NCBI GenBank assembly: GCA_002633005.1 | Contig: NMRA01000411.1 | Coordinates: 167,083-231,082, forward strand | DNA: 64,000 nt | From: Phoronis australis | Lineage: Eukaryota > Animalia > Phoronida | Reading direction: 5' to 3' | Shown here: piece after piece, positions 50,682 through 64,000 of the stretch | Numbering within the stretch: position 1 is the stretch's first letter | How the letters are laid out: every line of letters begins with the position of its first letter | Program-made: the position numbers and the translations under genes | The notes under the pieces: model-generated | Seen by the model: the letters and a program-made list of their open reading frames with translations, nothing else | Database searches by the model: none | Told to the model about the DNA's origin: nothing

Positions 50682-53600
50682 ATGGCGTCAAGTTTGGTGA
50701 CCTTTGATCTCAAGGTCAGAATGGAAAATGCAGAACAGGATACCTTGGAACTGATTTACAAACTCAAACCTGAGTGGGACCAGAAGGGGATTAAAATTAT
50801 TGTAAGACATCACTAATTAACATAATCATGCAAGCTTTTGGATTATGGGTCTGCCAATATTGTTTGCTTGATTGTATGCTGCCCGAAGTCTGTATCCATT
50901 GGTTATGGTCGTCGGTATCAGTGGCTTGATGTTTTGTGAATATTAAATATGTGGGTAGATCATTTATAGTTTTTGTTTGTATGAACTATTTCTAATTGAC
51001 GATTTTAATCAAAACAAGAAGAAGACTTTCTTTTGACATGAATCACATACTGTTATGAAATTGGTCTAGGATTGATTTGAATTTTTTTTGTGAAGTTGGG
51101 ATTTTTTCTGGGCTTGGAAAGATCTGACAGTTTGCTTGTGACAAAGCCCTACTAGGTGGCTTGTATCGGTGTATCATCCTATGAGACATGTGCATCATTC
51201 TGTAACGACATGTCGTCAACCAAATTGTAATTTTTCTAATCCCAGAAGTCACTGCTTATCTGAGTTGGGAGCAAATGAGATCGGTCATTGGTGGTATAAT
51301 CAGAAAAATTTGATTTTTGAATTTATACCAACCTTCCATTAATTGAGTCACGTGACTGTGTCTTTTCATAATTAAGCAAAAGAAAGGTACTTGTATTGTC
51401 AAACAATGATATCAAAAACATGATCATAAATTTTTGACATACCGGTGAATGTTCAAAAATAAAGTAGGAAAAACACTCTTGCAATTTTTGAAGTTACCAT
51501 TTTATTTTTGCTATGTGCTAGTTTATAGTCTCTTTCATGAAACCCTTAAAAGTCCTATTTTTATGACTTCACACTAAAGTGGAACATATTGAAAATAATT
51601 CCTGTGAGTATTTTGGAAAACAATTCTTAAAAATACAGTCTGCAAATTTCATTTGAGTCCATTCAGTAATTTCTGTGATACAATCCTGCAACTGATCACA
51701 CATAAACTTAATCCAGAAATTGCAATTTGTTAGTGTCGTCTCCTAATAATAGTTAAGGATGGTGCCGATTTCATTACTTTAAAATCAGTATGCGTAACTG
51801 GATACCAGAGCAGAGTTCAAATTCCAATGCATTTTTGTGAAAATTACACAATTTTATCGTGATTGTCACAGTCCACGCCATCATCTTAATGCCGCCTTGT
51901 TTATGTTTCTTGAAATACTAGTGTTTTTCCTGCTCGATTCCATTTTTTGTTCTGCTGATGCTAGGCACCATGTTTCACTTGAGGGTACGAACATACTTTT
52001 TAGTCCCCGCCAGTGGGAACCTTCTATGCATGATTTGCGTATCAAAATTTCAATATTGTTAGAAACTTTTGTGTACCAAGTGATACCACCATCATGTTTT
52101 TATGAACTTTATCTTTGTTTCTTCAGAAATTTACAGACGGCATAACCAATCTGTTATACGGCTGTCATAATGGGAGTAAGGAGGATATGGTCCTGGTGCG
52201 AATATACGGCCTGTGTACGGAACTGTTTATTGATCGCCTTGGTGAACTGTCAACCATGTTACTGCTAGCCTCTAACGGTTGTGCTTCCAAATTATACTGT
52301 AAATTTCAAAACGGATTAGCTTATGCATTTATACCTGGAATGGTTCTAGATGTCAACACCGTGAGAGAGAAAAAATATGCAAAGTAAGTCTTTCTAAACG
52401 GCCTGACCTTAAAATCTGCATCTGTATGTAAACTAATAGCTTTTTCATTTCATGTCCAGGACTGTGTCTAGCAAACACACCTGCAAAGAAAGTTGTAATT
52501 TGTTTTAAACACTAGAACATGGTTTGTAGTGTAATTGCAGTACTTTGTATGGGGTTACACCATTAGTTGGTAGAGTCACAGTGCTGTCTCTGAGACCCGG
52601 GGGTCACTGATATTGACAAGATGCCCGCAGGCGTGTACCAGAATTTGCTGAGACTCTCTATTGCTGGTGTCAGATCTGCTAATTTTCTCCTCTTTTAAGG
52701 GGTAGATTTTACTGTAGGAAGATGGCCAGTACACCTTTTGCAGAGCTGAGGCCAATGCAGTGGGTCTTTTGCGGAGATGAAATGGAAATTTAGACGCCTA
52801 TTGGACTCTGGCAGGACCCACAAAACTTGCTGAAAAAGTATCGCATACCAGCAATTTTAGGTACATACCTGCGTGCACCTTGTCATTATTAGTGCCCCCC
52901 CTGGTCTATTCTAGCTCGTGATAGGTTATAAAAATGACATTGGGTAACATAGTAACAAAGGTTGGCCATCCCAAAAAGAGCAGGTTGGTTCCGTGTACAA
53001 AGCAATTATCTTTTACGTTGATATCTGCTTATTAACCGCAACACCTAAGTATAAGCTCACTCTCTGTGAATACTTAATTTACTGGTGTTAGCTCATAGTA
53101 AATACACAGGACTTGTACAAATCTTATTCGTACAAATCTTATTCTACAGTTTGTATTCTTATCTTCTTATTATAACACTGCGTATGGAATGCATATTAAT
53201 ATTTTTTTATTCACAGAATGATAACGGATAACAGACAAACGGTGTTTTTAATTATGTAATCTCAACAACCTTTTTAAATGCAAAGTAACACTTGTCAAAC
53301 TAGTCAAGTCACGTAGCTTTTGTAATAAGGAACTTGACTGTATTTTCGGCTTATACAAAGCCAACTGAGCTCTTGAGGCCAGACCAGAATGAGGTTATTG
53401 CCATCCAAGTGATGGTGATCATTACTTCTAGTGCCTAGATATAGGGGCACCACCATATTCACCTTGCCTTAATCACTCATCAATAAGGTATGCAGGTAAC
53501 ACCAAAGCATCATTTTAGTGGAGCAACCCTGATCAACTGTTGCTGGTAATCGTGATTCAGGCAGAAAGACTGTTACATAAATTCAAGGTTGAATTTCAAG

Positions 53601-56600
53601 CATAGCCTATGCAATGGTCTTCAACACTGCTGGGATCAATCCTGTCATGACATATCAAAAGAGGTCTTGTTGAAAAGCTTGGCTCACCTTGGTCAACTTT
53701 AGATAGATGTGGTAAAGTTTCTTAAAATGCCAACAAAAATGATTGTCAAAATTTTTGTTTTTTCCATTTCTCAAATGCTCACCGATTTGTTAAAGATGGC
53801 CGCAATGTCACCATGACAACAGCTATACAATAGAAGCTGTGCAAATGACAAGTTTTTGTTTACGTTTGTTGAAAAACTTTCACTCTGGTGTTCTGCTGTA
53901 TATTTTGTTCTACACTGAGTAACTTACCTTACACTTTATTTGGCACTTTGTTGAGAATTTTTTTAACAAGACTTTATGTTATCAGAATTCCGTCTGCGAC
54001 GCCCACAGTATATTGTGATTTGACCCATTTCTTGCTCATCAACAATTTTATACAAGTGTTACTAACAACGTCAAAGGAGAGATATTTTTGAAATGAAAGA
54101 TTAAGCAGTTATTTTTATAAGAATTAGAGACATTTTGTCAAATATAGAAAACGTGTTACGTGATAGGAAGGCATGCCCGGCCACTGACATCATGAAAAAG
54201 TAAAGTGCACTTATCGATTACAATTATACACTGATTTTTCAAAATATTGTCTGGTGGTAACTATGGCGCAGAGTTTGAACATGCAAAATCATTAACTTCA
54301 TGCTATTTATCTTTGATGGCAGATTGAGAACATTAACTTAAATTTCACTTGTCTTCCATATTGTGTCTTACAGTAAAAATTCTTCATTTTGGGAAGAAAA
54401 TAATTCCTAAAATTGCCGTATTTCTATTCTTCTGAGGCTTACAACATTGTGAAAAATACTCAGAGCTTTACCAAGTGTTGTTTGGTATACCATACAAACC
54501 ACGCTAAAAGCAATGGTAATTTTCCTGAAAAGTTGTTTTTGTTGAGAAATTTTACAAAATAAAGTTTCACCTGTCCGCCATACTCAGTCTCCCAAACTGA
54601 AGAATTTTTACCTCGGTAAATTGGTAAGATTTTTATTGTGTTGATTTTCAGGTTGGTGGCTCAGGAAATGAGTAGGTTACATAGCATAAAGCCTGAGGTC
54701 CATCCTAGTTTGAGGGGGAAATTCAGTTATTCGGAGCAACCGTGTGTATTTGCAAAGATGCGCAACTTCGTTGAAATCAGTCCCGATTCTTTTGAGGATG
54801 CGGCAATGCAGCACAGGTAAGACGGCCTGGCGTGCATGCTGTGGACGCAAGACCATCACGGAAATATAAAATCACGCAACATTTCATGAGATTTCGCCAT
54901 GTGCTACAAACGAAGCATTTGATCATGTTAGCTTCCTTCCCAAGGTTCTTGCATCTACGGAACTTAACTCTGACCAGGTTACGATAAAGTTTCTTCAAAT
55001 TTGAACGAAAATAAATCATGGCCAAAATTTTTTCATTTTTCCAATGCTCTCTGTATTGTCAAATATGTTCAAAATTTCATCGACGTGTGTTTGTTGTTGA
55101 CAGCCATACTATATAAAGTTTCCAAATAATCCATTAAAGTTTTGTTTATTTTACTCTTGTTGAAAATTTTGATGAAGTAAAACGTTATTTTTTCACCATA
55201 TTGTGTTCTTATTTGAAGAAATTTTACCTCATGCTGTAAACATTGGTATAATTTGTTTGTATTATGCTGTCTTATGATTTGCAAAACCTGGTATAGAATG
55301 CAGGATGCCATTGGTTCAATTCCCAGGCTAAATTGTCATAGTTAATTCGTAATTCATTTTCCCCTGAACTTAAGCCCAAAAGAAATCCAGTTAGTATAAA
55401 ATTGTATTTATTTCGGCATCTCTTATTCAGAACACTGAAACTGTCCAGAAAACAGTAAATTTGACAGTTTTTGATTTTAGAGCATTTCTCAGTGCGAAAG
55501 TACTTCGATACCTTTTTCTTTAAAAACATTTGTTTCAAAACTGTAATGTCCCCTAATTTTTTCGAAAGTAACTCCAGTTTCAGAAATAGAATATCTGAAC
55601 AAAAGGTGAGTAAATGTGTTCGTGTAAAAGGGCGAAGTCCTGGCATAACAAATTTTTGAGAACAGTAAACTGCTGACCCTTGAAGAAGTTGAGATGAGGT
55701 CATAGTTCTGTGTTAAATTATCTTTATCTTCTCGTCTCTTTATCTGCCTAGTTAGTGATGGAAAGTTTTGATAACATCCTGCAGTGCTCTCCTGATATTT
55801 GGAAGAGTGACTTAAGTGGAATTTTGTCTTCATTATGGTTGGGTTTTATTAAGGTGATATTATTGGCAAGAAAGTGAGATCCGTCTCGGTGCAGAGTCAG
55901 ACTTGCATTGTCTAGGGTCTGTTTCATGAAAAGTGACTTAAGACGGAAATTTGGTCTTACGATCCCTCTTAACATTTACCAAATAAAGTTTTAATCGAGT
56001 TGTTATTAGGAAAGGGCACAGTACGGTGGATCACGTTTGCTTTATATACGTTATTAATTAAATATTTGTCACGAGAGAAAGGTAGATTCTATTCTGCTTT
56101 TGTGGATTATAAACCTGCTCATGACAGTATATATAGAAGCGCAATATACTTTAAATTAAAGAACAATCACATGATGGTAAGATGTATAAGATAATCAAAG
56201 CAATGTATGCTGAAGTAAAAGCGTGCGTGAGACTGAGTAACGGGAGCTACACGGAGGTCTTTGGTTGTCAGATTGGTCTAAAACGAGGCTCTCAGATATC
56301 ACCGTTTTTGTGTATTTTATTTATAAACGATCTCAAGCAAGAATTAGAATCCGGTGGCGGTGAAAAGATTTCCATGGGATCAGCTGAATTATTGCATCTG
56401 CTGTTTGCTGATGATTTGGTTTTATTTTCTTATAGTGTGAAAGGACTGCAGAAAAAATTGAACATTTTATATGAGAATAGTCAGAAATGGTAATTGTTAA
56501 CATGTCGAAGACTAAGATAATTGTTTTCAGAAAGGGTAGAATGTTACGATCGTATGAAAAATGGACGTATCATGGGAATACTGTTAATATTGTAAATGCA

Positions 56601-59600
56601 TATAAATATCTAGGATTAATGTTTACTACGAAAGGTTCGTGGTCTTGCGCGCAGAAAACTCTATCATTACAGGCTGCTAAGGAAGTGAATTTAACAAGGA
56701 AAATGTCAATGGTTTTAATGCACTCCCTATTAAGTTAGTTTGAAATTATTTGATTGTAAAATATTGCCGATACTTCATTGTGGGGTTTTAGTGATTGCGA
56801 ATGTATTGAAATACTCCACACAAAATTTTGTAAAGAAATTTTGAATTTGCCTAGCACGGCAATTTCATCGGCTGTTAGAGGTGGGATGGGTCGATACTCC
56901 TTGATTGCTTACCAACTTCCTAGAGTTATGAAATATTGGTTAAAACTGTTAAAAACTGATGCCTCAAAAATTACATATCATTGCTATGAATGGCAGTACA
57001 ATGTGATGGAAAATGTTAATAAACCATGCTGGGTTAATGATGTTAAGAAATTGCTATTTCAGTTTGGTTTTGGAGAAGCATGGTACAATCAGGATGTAGG
57101 TTCCGAAACAAGCTTCATATCACTTTTAAACAGAGATGCAAAGATATTGATCAGCAAAAATGGCAAGAAATTTTGAACAATTCGATTAAGCTGGAAACTT
57201 ACAGAACTTTTAAGTTAAATATATGTTTTGAAAATTATTTAGATGTAATTGACAATGTAAATGTTAGATCTGATATGGTAAGATTAAGGTGTTCAGTGCT
57301 TGCACTAATGATTGAAAATGGTAGACACTTGAAACTTAGCAGAACAGAAAGGTTATGCCCTCTCTGTGTTAGGACATATGTAGAGTCAGAATATCATTTT
57401 GTTATCGAATGCCCATTCTACGATGACCTTAGGAAACGATATTTGCTTGCATGGAGCTACAACAATCCCAATGCTACAAAATTCGGCAGACTCATGACTA
57501 TGGAGGAAAAAGACCTTATATGGTCAACATGTAAATATGTCCATTTCGCATTCAAGCGAGGAAGAGCTCAGTTTACATCTAGTGTTTGACACTTACCTTT
57601 ATTGTATTTGATGATTTGATTGTAACAAGGGCTGGAGACCTAGTTATTGAATATATATATGTATATGTATATATATTAGCACTTCTGCCTGGAAATAATA
57701 ATTTGTTCAATCTCTCTTAATTTTGGATGTAATCTCAAACAGTTTGTGTGTATTCTTTTGCTAAATGTAGATTTAATTGTTTTTAAGAAATGTTTATGTG
57801 GAGTGTAAGACCAAATTTCTGTCTTGAGTCTCAAGTCACTTGTAATGAGGCAGACCACAGAGGTTTAAGTGTAACGCTCTGCTAGCGTAGCTAAAATAGA
57901 AGGTTATTTTAAGCTTATTTAATTAGTAAAGTCACCTGCCTTGATTTCAGTGATTATGTGGCAGAAAACTGCGAGTATTGCCGATTTTTGAAGAGTTATA
58001 AAAACAGCAGACTTTGATATGAAACAGACCCCTTGTATTTTGTTTGTTGAGGAACAAGACGGGAACTACAGGTTTGGTCACGTGACATGCTTTGACTGAA
58101 CTTTTTGTTCCGGGTTTCTCAGCAAGCCTGACCTTAAGTACTCAAAATCATCAATTTCATATCAAAAGCTCCAAAGAACAACCCAATCAGTCGATATCCT
58201 GTCAAATTTAGAATACCCAAAATACTATCTGACAATATGTTAATTAGCTGATCTCGACCATTTATTGGTCGATACATACTTCCTTAAATTGGGACAACCA
58301 ATCACAGCACTGTAGTCATCCTCCATTGTGTTTAGTGTGAAAAGTCTTTACATATTGGTGCTCGTTTTTCCGTGGTTCATGGTATAGAAGGGAATGATGA
58401 GGGGTTGTGTTTGTGGTGGTTGTGTCAACATAACATTTGACCACGTTGTGGATCTTACTTTCCTGCGGGACGTCGGACAAACGTGGACGCACACTGCTAC
58501 AATGTACTTGCGCCTTTTTTATTTTTTATGCGCTTGTGGCACAAAGGTGCAGTCCAGGAATATCCCTGAGTTATTTGTCAAAACAAGGTAAATGGTGGTT
58601 TTAAGCGCTTTAAAAGAGATGGCTTTTAATATATAATTATGTCTGATCTCTGTCTGTATCCCTTATTCACCTTGATGGTTGTTACAGGTTTGAAGCAAAT
58701 ATTCCCAGCAAGCCTGACTTCCTTAAAGAGATTGCTATGTTAGAGTCCAAACTCAGCTGCCTGGGTTCTCCTGCTGTGCTATGCCATAATGACCTGTTGT
58801 TGGGAAACCTGGTCTATAAAGAGGATGAAGGTTTGCTTGATCATATTAAGACGTCAGCTTGTGAGCTGTTTACATGGCATCATTGATCCAGCTCAATAAT
58901 GTGCTAACTACCTCAGTGGAAGTATGCATGTAAACAGAATTTGTTGTGGTATATATTTATATCATAATGTCAGTTTGTGAATGAATCGCTTTTGGTGGAA
59001 ATGCAAGTTGCATGTTTCCGGTCATGTCATGTCAAATGCCCGTCTAAATACTATGTGGTATGGAAGTGGAACTGATTACCTGCAGTTTCACATTCCATGG
59101 GCGTGGATGTGCACATCCACGATGTGTTGGAATAAATCCTACATTGATGTTTATATTTTTATGGAATTTGTTTTGTTCATTCATTTATCTTGTTCTGTTT
59201 TGTTCCTTCAGACAGAGTCTACTTCATTGATTACGAATATGCCGATACGAACTATGCAGCATTTGATATTGCTGATCATTTCTGTGAATTTCCAGGTAAG
59301 TTCTAAAAATGAATGTCTGACTTAATTCAATAACGATACATACTCCACTGTGTTGACAATGTTGCATACTCCTCGTGGTAACTTTGATCGTCACTGAATG
59401 GGGAATTTGAAATTCACTTGGTGGCGCCAGTGCAACAACACATTTACCACACTGCCTCGTTAGGCAAAATCCTCATGATTCGTTTTCTGCAGACGAGAGT
59501 TACGAGCCAAGTTCAGCTGCATTCAATGCACTTTCCTGTCCATCTGCGGTGACCCTAAATAACTAACAAATGAATGTAACTCCAACAGTGACTATTTCCT

Positions 59601-62600
59601 AACCTTGACCTTTTCTGAACTGAAGCAACCGGTCCCGTCAGTGTATAGCAAGCAGGTTTGTCCATCCATAGTTATAGACACGCTTCGTTGATACCTTTCA
59701 ATGCAAGCGCAGATGAAGAGCAATGCACCTCGAATGAAAACTAGCTCACCACATAGATCACGTCTGTGACAAAATGAACTATGAGGATTTTGCCTTGCAA
59801 GCCAGTGAGGCGAATATCTTGTTTTTGATGGAGTTCTTTTAAGTGGCAAGGGTAAATCCTCGTAGAATGCAACATGATGAGCTAAGTGCTTTGTCGATTG
59901 CCTTCAATAGCCAATGAAAATTAATTATTACATCACCTGCAATAACAAATCTGCTTATCATCTGATCTGAAAATCTTTTGACTCCCATAATTGGAGCGGC
60001 TTTTCTGTACCATGAATTAGCAGCATTTTTGACATGTGTGAATGTGAATTAATAGATCCTGGTTAGACAATTTATGGCAATGGGGGAAAAACGAAATAAT
60101 GTAGCAATCCATAGAAATTACAAATATGCAGTAATTAATAATTTTACACATGTGAACTACGTTGCAATCTCCCTCGCAATGTATTTTTGAGAACAAAACT
60201 TGATACGAGTACCACTGCTCATTTTTCGTATTCTGGCGTTTACCAGAGCTCAGAATTTCTGCAATAAAAACGGATATCCGTAAACAAATTTAGACACAAA
60301 AATGTAAAAATAGGCAAAAGCAATGTTTAACTAGTGCAGCAAGCTTGATTTGTAACATGAGCTAGCAAAACCCAGAGAGACTGTCCACGCTCAGCATGAT
60401 GCCGTCTCTACCACCGCAGCAGAAAACAGGGATTGGGGTGTGAGGGAGATCCAAGAAACTAGGGCGGCTGTCTAACCATTGGGTTTTCAAATTTGTAGTA
60501 TGCATCTAATGCTTTGTACACAGACATGTGCAATACCATTACAGGGTGTGATGTTGATCTCGACTACGACCTGTATCCAGGTAAAGAATTCCAGTACTGG
60601 TGGCTCAAGTGTTACTTGGAGGCAAAACACAATGGTACTATACCGACGGACAAACAGGTCGAGACGCTCTATGTACAAGTCAATAAGTTTGCTTTAGTAA
60701 GTCATTGGATATTAATGAAATTTAGCAGTTGTGTTCCTATCTAGGAGACTAGGCTACCATTAAAATTTATGGTCCAAACTCCAAGCTAACTACTGCTGCG
60801 ACCCCTAGTGATAATTTTTAATGGCGTCATTTTTTTTGTTGTCAGCTTCTGTATATGTCAAATAGTTTAAGGGATATCATAGTTAAATTTAAGCCAGGAT
60901 ATGTTCTTACTGAGAGCATGTCTCTGACATTAAATTTCTTATGGATTTGAATATTGTTATGCACCCTAGTAGTAGTTTTAATTTGTTTGTGTCAGCCTCA
61001 ATACCTCCCAAGAATTCCCATGAAATATGAATGGATCTGAATATGACAATGGCTTGTAATAGCAACTTTGTTATTTTTCATCAGCATCATGATCTACCTA
61101 GTCTTCTTACTACGTTTTCTCGGCTGTCGTTCATGTCTANTGAGGATTTTGCCTTGTGAGCCAGTGAGGCGAATATCTTGTTTTTGATGGAGTTCTTTTA
61201 AGTGGCAAGGGTAAATCCTCATAGAATGCAAAATGATGAGCTAAGTGCTTTATCGATTGCCTTCAATAGCCAATGAAAATTAATTATTACATCACCTGCA
61301 ATAACAAATCTCTCAGCTCATACTTTTTTGCATTTATTTGCTTATCATCTGATCTGAAAATCTTTTGACTCCCATAATTGGAGCGGCTTTTCTGTACCAT
61401 GAATTAACAGCATTTTTGACGTGTGAATATGAATTAATGGCATCCTGGTTAGACATTTTATGGCAATGGGGGAAAAACGAAATAATATAGTAATCCATAA
61501 AAATTACAAATATGCAGTAATTAATAATTTTACACATGTGAACTGCATTGCAATCTCCCTCGCAATTTATTTTTGGGAACAAAACTTAATATGACTACCA
61601 CTGCTCATTTTTCGTATTCTGGCGTTTACCAGAGTTCAGAATTTCTGCAATAAAATCGGATATCGGTAAACAAATTTAGACACAAAAATGTAAAAATAGG
61701 CATAGCAATGTTTAATTAGTGCGGCAAGCTTGATTTGTAACATGAGGTAGCAAAACCCAGAGAGACCGTCCACGCTCAGCATGATGCCGTCTCTACCACC
61801 GCAGCAGAAAACTGGGATTGGGGTTCAAATTTGTAGTATGCACCTAATGCTTTGTACACAGACATGTGCAATACCATTACAGGGTGTGATGTTGATCTCG
61901 ACTACGACCTGTATCCAGGTAAAGAATTCCAGTACTGGTGGCTCAAGTGTTACTTGGAGGCAAAACACAATGGTACTATACCGACGGACAAACAGGTCGA
62001 GACGCTCTATGTACAAGTCAATAAGTTTGCTTTAGTAAGTCATTGGATATTAATGAAATTTAGCAGTTGTGTTCCTATCTAGGAGACTAGGCTACCATTA
62101 AAATTTATGGTCCAAACTCCAAGCTAACTACTGCTGCGACCCCTAGTGATAATTTTTAATGGCGTCATTTTTTTTGTTGTCAGCTTCTGTATATGTCAAA
62201 TAGTTTAAGGGATATCATAGTTAAATTTAAGCCAGGATATGTTCTTACTGAGAGCATGTCTCTGACATTAAATTTCTTATGGATTTGAATATTGTTATGC
62301 ACCCTAGTAGTAGTTTTAATTTGTTTGTGTCAGCCTCAATACCTCCCAAGAATTCCCATGAAATATGAATGGATCTGAATATGACAATGGCTTGTAATAG
62401 CAACTTTGTTATTTTTCATCAGCATCATGATCTACCTAGTCTTCTTACTACGTTTTCTCGGCTGTCGTTCATGTCTAGCCAAGTTCTCCGTAGCACTATA
62501 TTACAGCGTATTTCTTATCTTGCCGGCCTCTTTACCTTTGGTTACCGATTTTGAGAACCAGTTTGATGTCCGTTATTCAGTGGAGAAAACTGGTTCTCAA

Positions 62601-62975
62601 AATGTGGGACACCTGCAAGTGACTATTACCTTATTTCTGTCGAGTCTCAAGGTTATCATTATGAACAATCCAAGTTCTGCATAGCACTGTGTTACCGCTT
62701 ATTTCTTGTATTGCATGCTTCTGGACCTCTCGCGGGTCTCGGGCTGTCATTTTTGGCAAACCAAGATGTACAGAATAGTAATATTTTACAACATGGGCTG
62801 TGTTACATCACTCTCACTATTTCTGGATTCTCTTGGCTCCGTTTACTGCCAGCCAGTTCTCCATGATAGCGCTGTGTTACATCTTATTTCTTATGTTGCA
62901 GGCGGCTCATTACTTGTGGGGTCTATGGGCGCTCATTCAAGCCAAGTACTCTACAATTGACTTTGATTTCCTAAA
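50682..62975 (+). CDS. ETNK1: Ethanolamine kinase (ETNK1/easily shocked family), final exon not found in the window
   Basis: Exons 50682-50801, 52127-52383, 54652-54816, 58688-58830, 59212-59295, 60545-60696 (duplicate 61883-62034), 62902-62975. Motifs: FTDGITN, VLVRIYG, Brenner motif CHNDLLLGN, IDYEYADTNYAAFDIADHFCEF, HYLWGLWALIQAKYSTIDFDFL. Confidence 0.94.
52596..52904. mobile_element. MITE with long TIRs (CCCGGGGG termini)
   Basis: ccgggggtcactgatattgacaagatgcccgcaggcgtgtacc matches the reverse complement of ggtacatacctgcgtgcaccttgtcattattagtgcccccCctgg over ~43 bp. Confidence 0.8.
55915..57856. mobile_element. MITE split by a LINE insertion
   Basis: Left arm gggtctgtttcatgaaaagtgacttaagacggaaatttggtcttac (55915-55960) and its inverted partner at ~57806-57856. 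An uninterrupted relative sits at 9693-9954. Confidence 0.75.
55995..57676 (+). mobile_element. 5'-truncated, frameshifted non-LTR retrotransposon (RTE-X/L2-like) reverse transcriptase remnant
   Basis: Broken ORFs with RT motifs SAFVDY, GLKRGSQISPFLCILFINDL, LLFADDL, YKYLGL, a C-terminal RLCPLC...ESEYHFVIECPFY zinc knuckle, and a (TA)n-type tail at 57651-57676. Confidence 0.9.
58291..58622 (+). pseudogene. Degenerate THAP-element 5' fragment (homologous to 21640-22090)
   Basis: CCAAT block followed by MMRGCVCGGCVN...TF...W (THAP-like start); nucleotide blocks are shared with the 21.6-22.1 kb copy. Confidence 0.55.
59782..62477. repeat. ~1.35-kb tandem duplication containing kinase exon 6, joined at an N
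   Basis: Copy 1 spans 59782-61139, N at 61140, copy 2 spans 61141-62477. The 5' halves differ by SNPs and indels; the 3' halves look identical. Confidence 0.93.
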
Positions 62976-64000
62976 GTAAGTATCAGGGTCTTTTTCTTAT
63001 CATGAACATTCAATGTAACTCCCCTGGTTCTTAAATTGGCGAGGCTGAAAATTGAGGTGTATAAGTAAATCAGACATGGTCAACTGGGGACATTTTAAAA
63101 AATCAGTGGCCGCCTACCCAACCTTGGGCACTGGATGGAGCCAGACAGCACCATCGAATATTGCTTCAATTTTTCAAGGCAATTGCATACGTGCCTTACT
63201 TACAGAAATTAGGTCATATCCAAAAGGTCACGTCAACCTGTCATGTTTGTTATTTGGGAACAAGGCAAACAAGATCGGGTATAATATAATAATAATAATA
63301 ATAGTAGTAACAGCAGCAACAGCAGCAGTAGTAATAATAAATGTATTATAATCACACATGTACAGAGAAATAAAAGAAAAACATAAAAACACTAGACAAA
63401 AAATAAAAGTACAAGTGCAAGACACGGATAACATAAAAAGTCAAAGACTTATTTCCGTTATGGCCAGTAAAAAAGATGAGAAACAAAATGAAAACTGATG
63501 AAAGACAAAAGACAATCAGCAGTAAATTGGTAAATCAGTTTCTGAATAGGTAAATAAATATATACATGAAATATACATAAAAATAAGTAATTAAATAAGT
63601 ATGTACATAAATAAATAAATGATAAATATACAAAACGTACCTAAAGTGGCGTTGAAGGAATATCCCACGAGACATTATTACCGGTTTCGGTCGATACACG
63701 GAATAATGTGGAGTGGGATATTACTTCAACTACGCCAATCGAGGTACGCTTTGTATTTATTCCATGCGCATCAAATTCCTAAGTTTCTTTCATTTTTTCG
63801 TCATATTTTCAAATACTTCACTCTGACTGTTCACATGGCGGATCACATCCTATATGTATGTACTTGCGCGTTAGGCTGCAAATTTTCTCTTGTAAAAGAA
63901 ACAGTTTTAAATGTGACGATTAATTACTTGAACAGAGATTACAAAGATGAAAACAACGGTAACTGTGCATTGAACTTGTAACATCTCCTGAAAATAGTTA

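Noticed and set aside
51347-51356. Perfect CLEAR palindrome GTCACGTGAC (another near 58077)
   Set aside because: It lies in intronic repeat-derived DNA far from inferred promoters; the 51347 copy is part of the Kolobok-like remnant.
63283-63340. Poly-Ile/Ala ORFs over (AAT)n(CAG)n
   Set aside because: An intronic compound microsatellite that keeps frames open by chance.

Overview
AT-rich, intron-rich animal genomic DNA, probably an invertebrate; the species cannot be fixed from this sequence. Four conserved multi-exon genes were reconstructed by hand with consistent splice phases: SETDB1 (minus, 18 exons, running off the left edge), cathepsin D (plus, 9 exons, complete), SDHAF2 (minus, 4 exons, complete) and an ethanolamine kinase (plus, 7 exons, last exon not found in the window). 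There is also a tRNA-Met(CAT) inside an SDHAF2 intron. The most unusual region is the ~15 kb between the SETDB1 start exon (acceptor 14516) and a probable divergent promoter near 30.0-30.2 kb. It holds transposon-type DNA-binding-domain exons that all lie on the SETDB1 strand: a spliced two-exon THAP gene, a THAP exon inside a TTAA-flanked Kolobok-like element, a Cys/His-rich exon, and decayed THAP copies. The intact ones end in splice donors whose phase would fuse them in frame to SETDB1. This fusion is a hypothesis that needs RNA evidence. A second recurring oddity is minisatellites that copy an exon end plus its 5' splice site, seen three times independently. The rest is MITEs, a LINE nested in a MITE, a SINE, and a 1.35 kb duplication around an N that is probably an assembly artefact.
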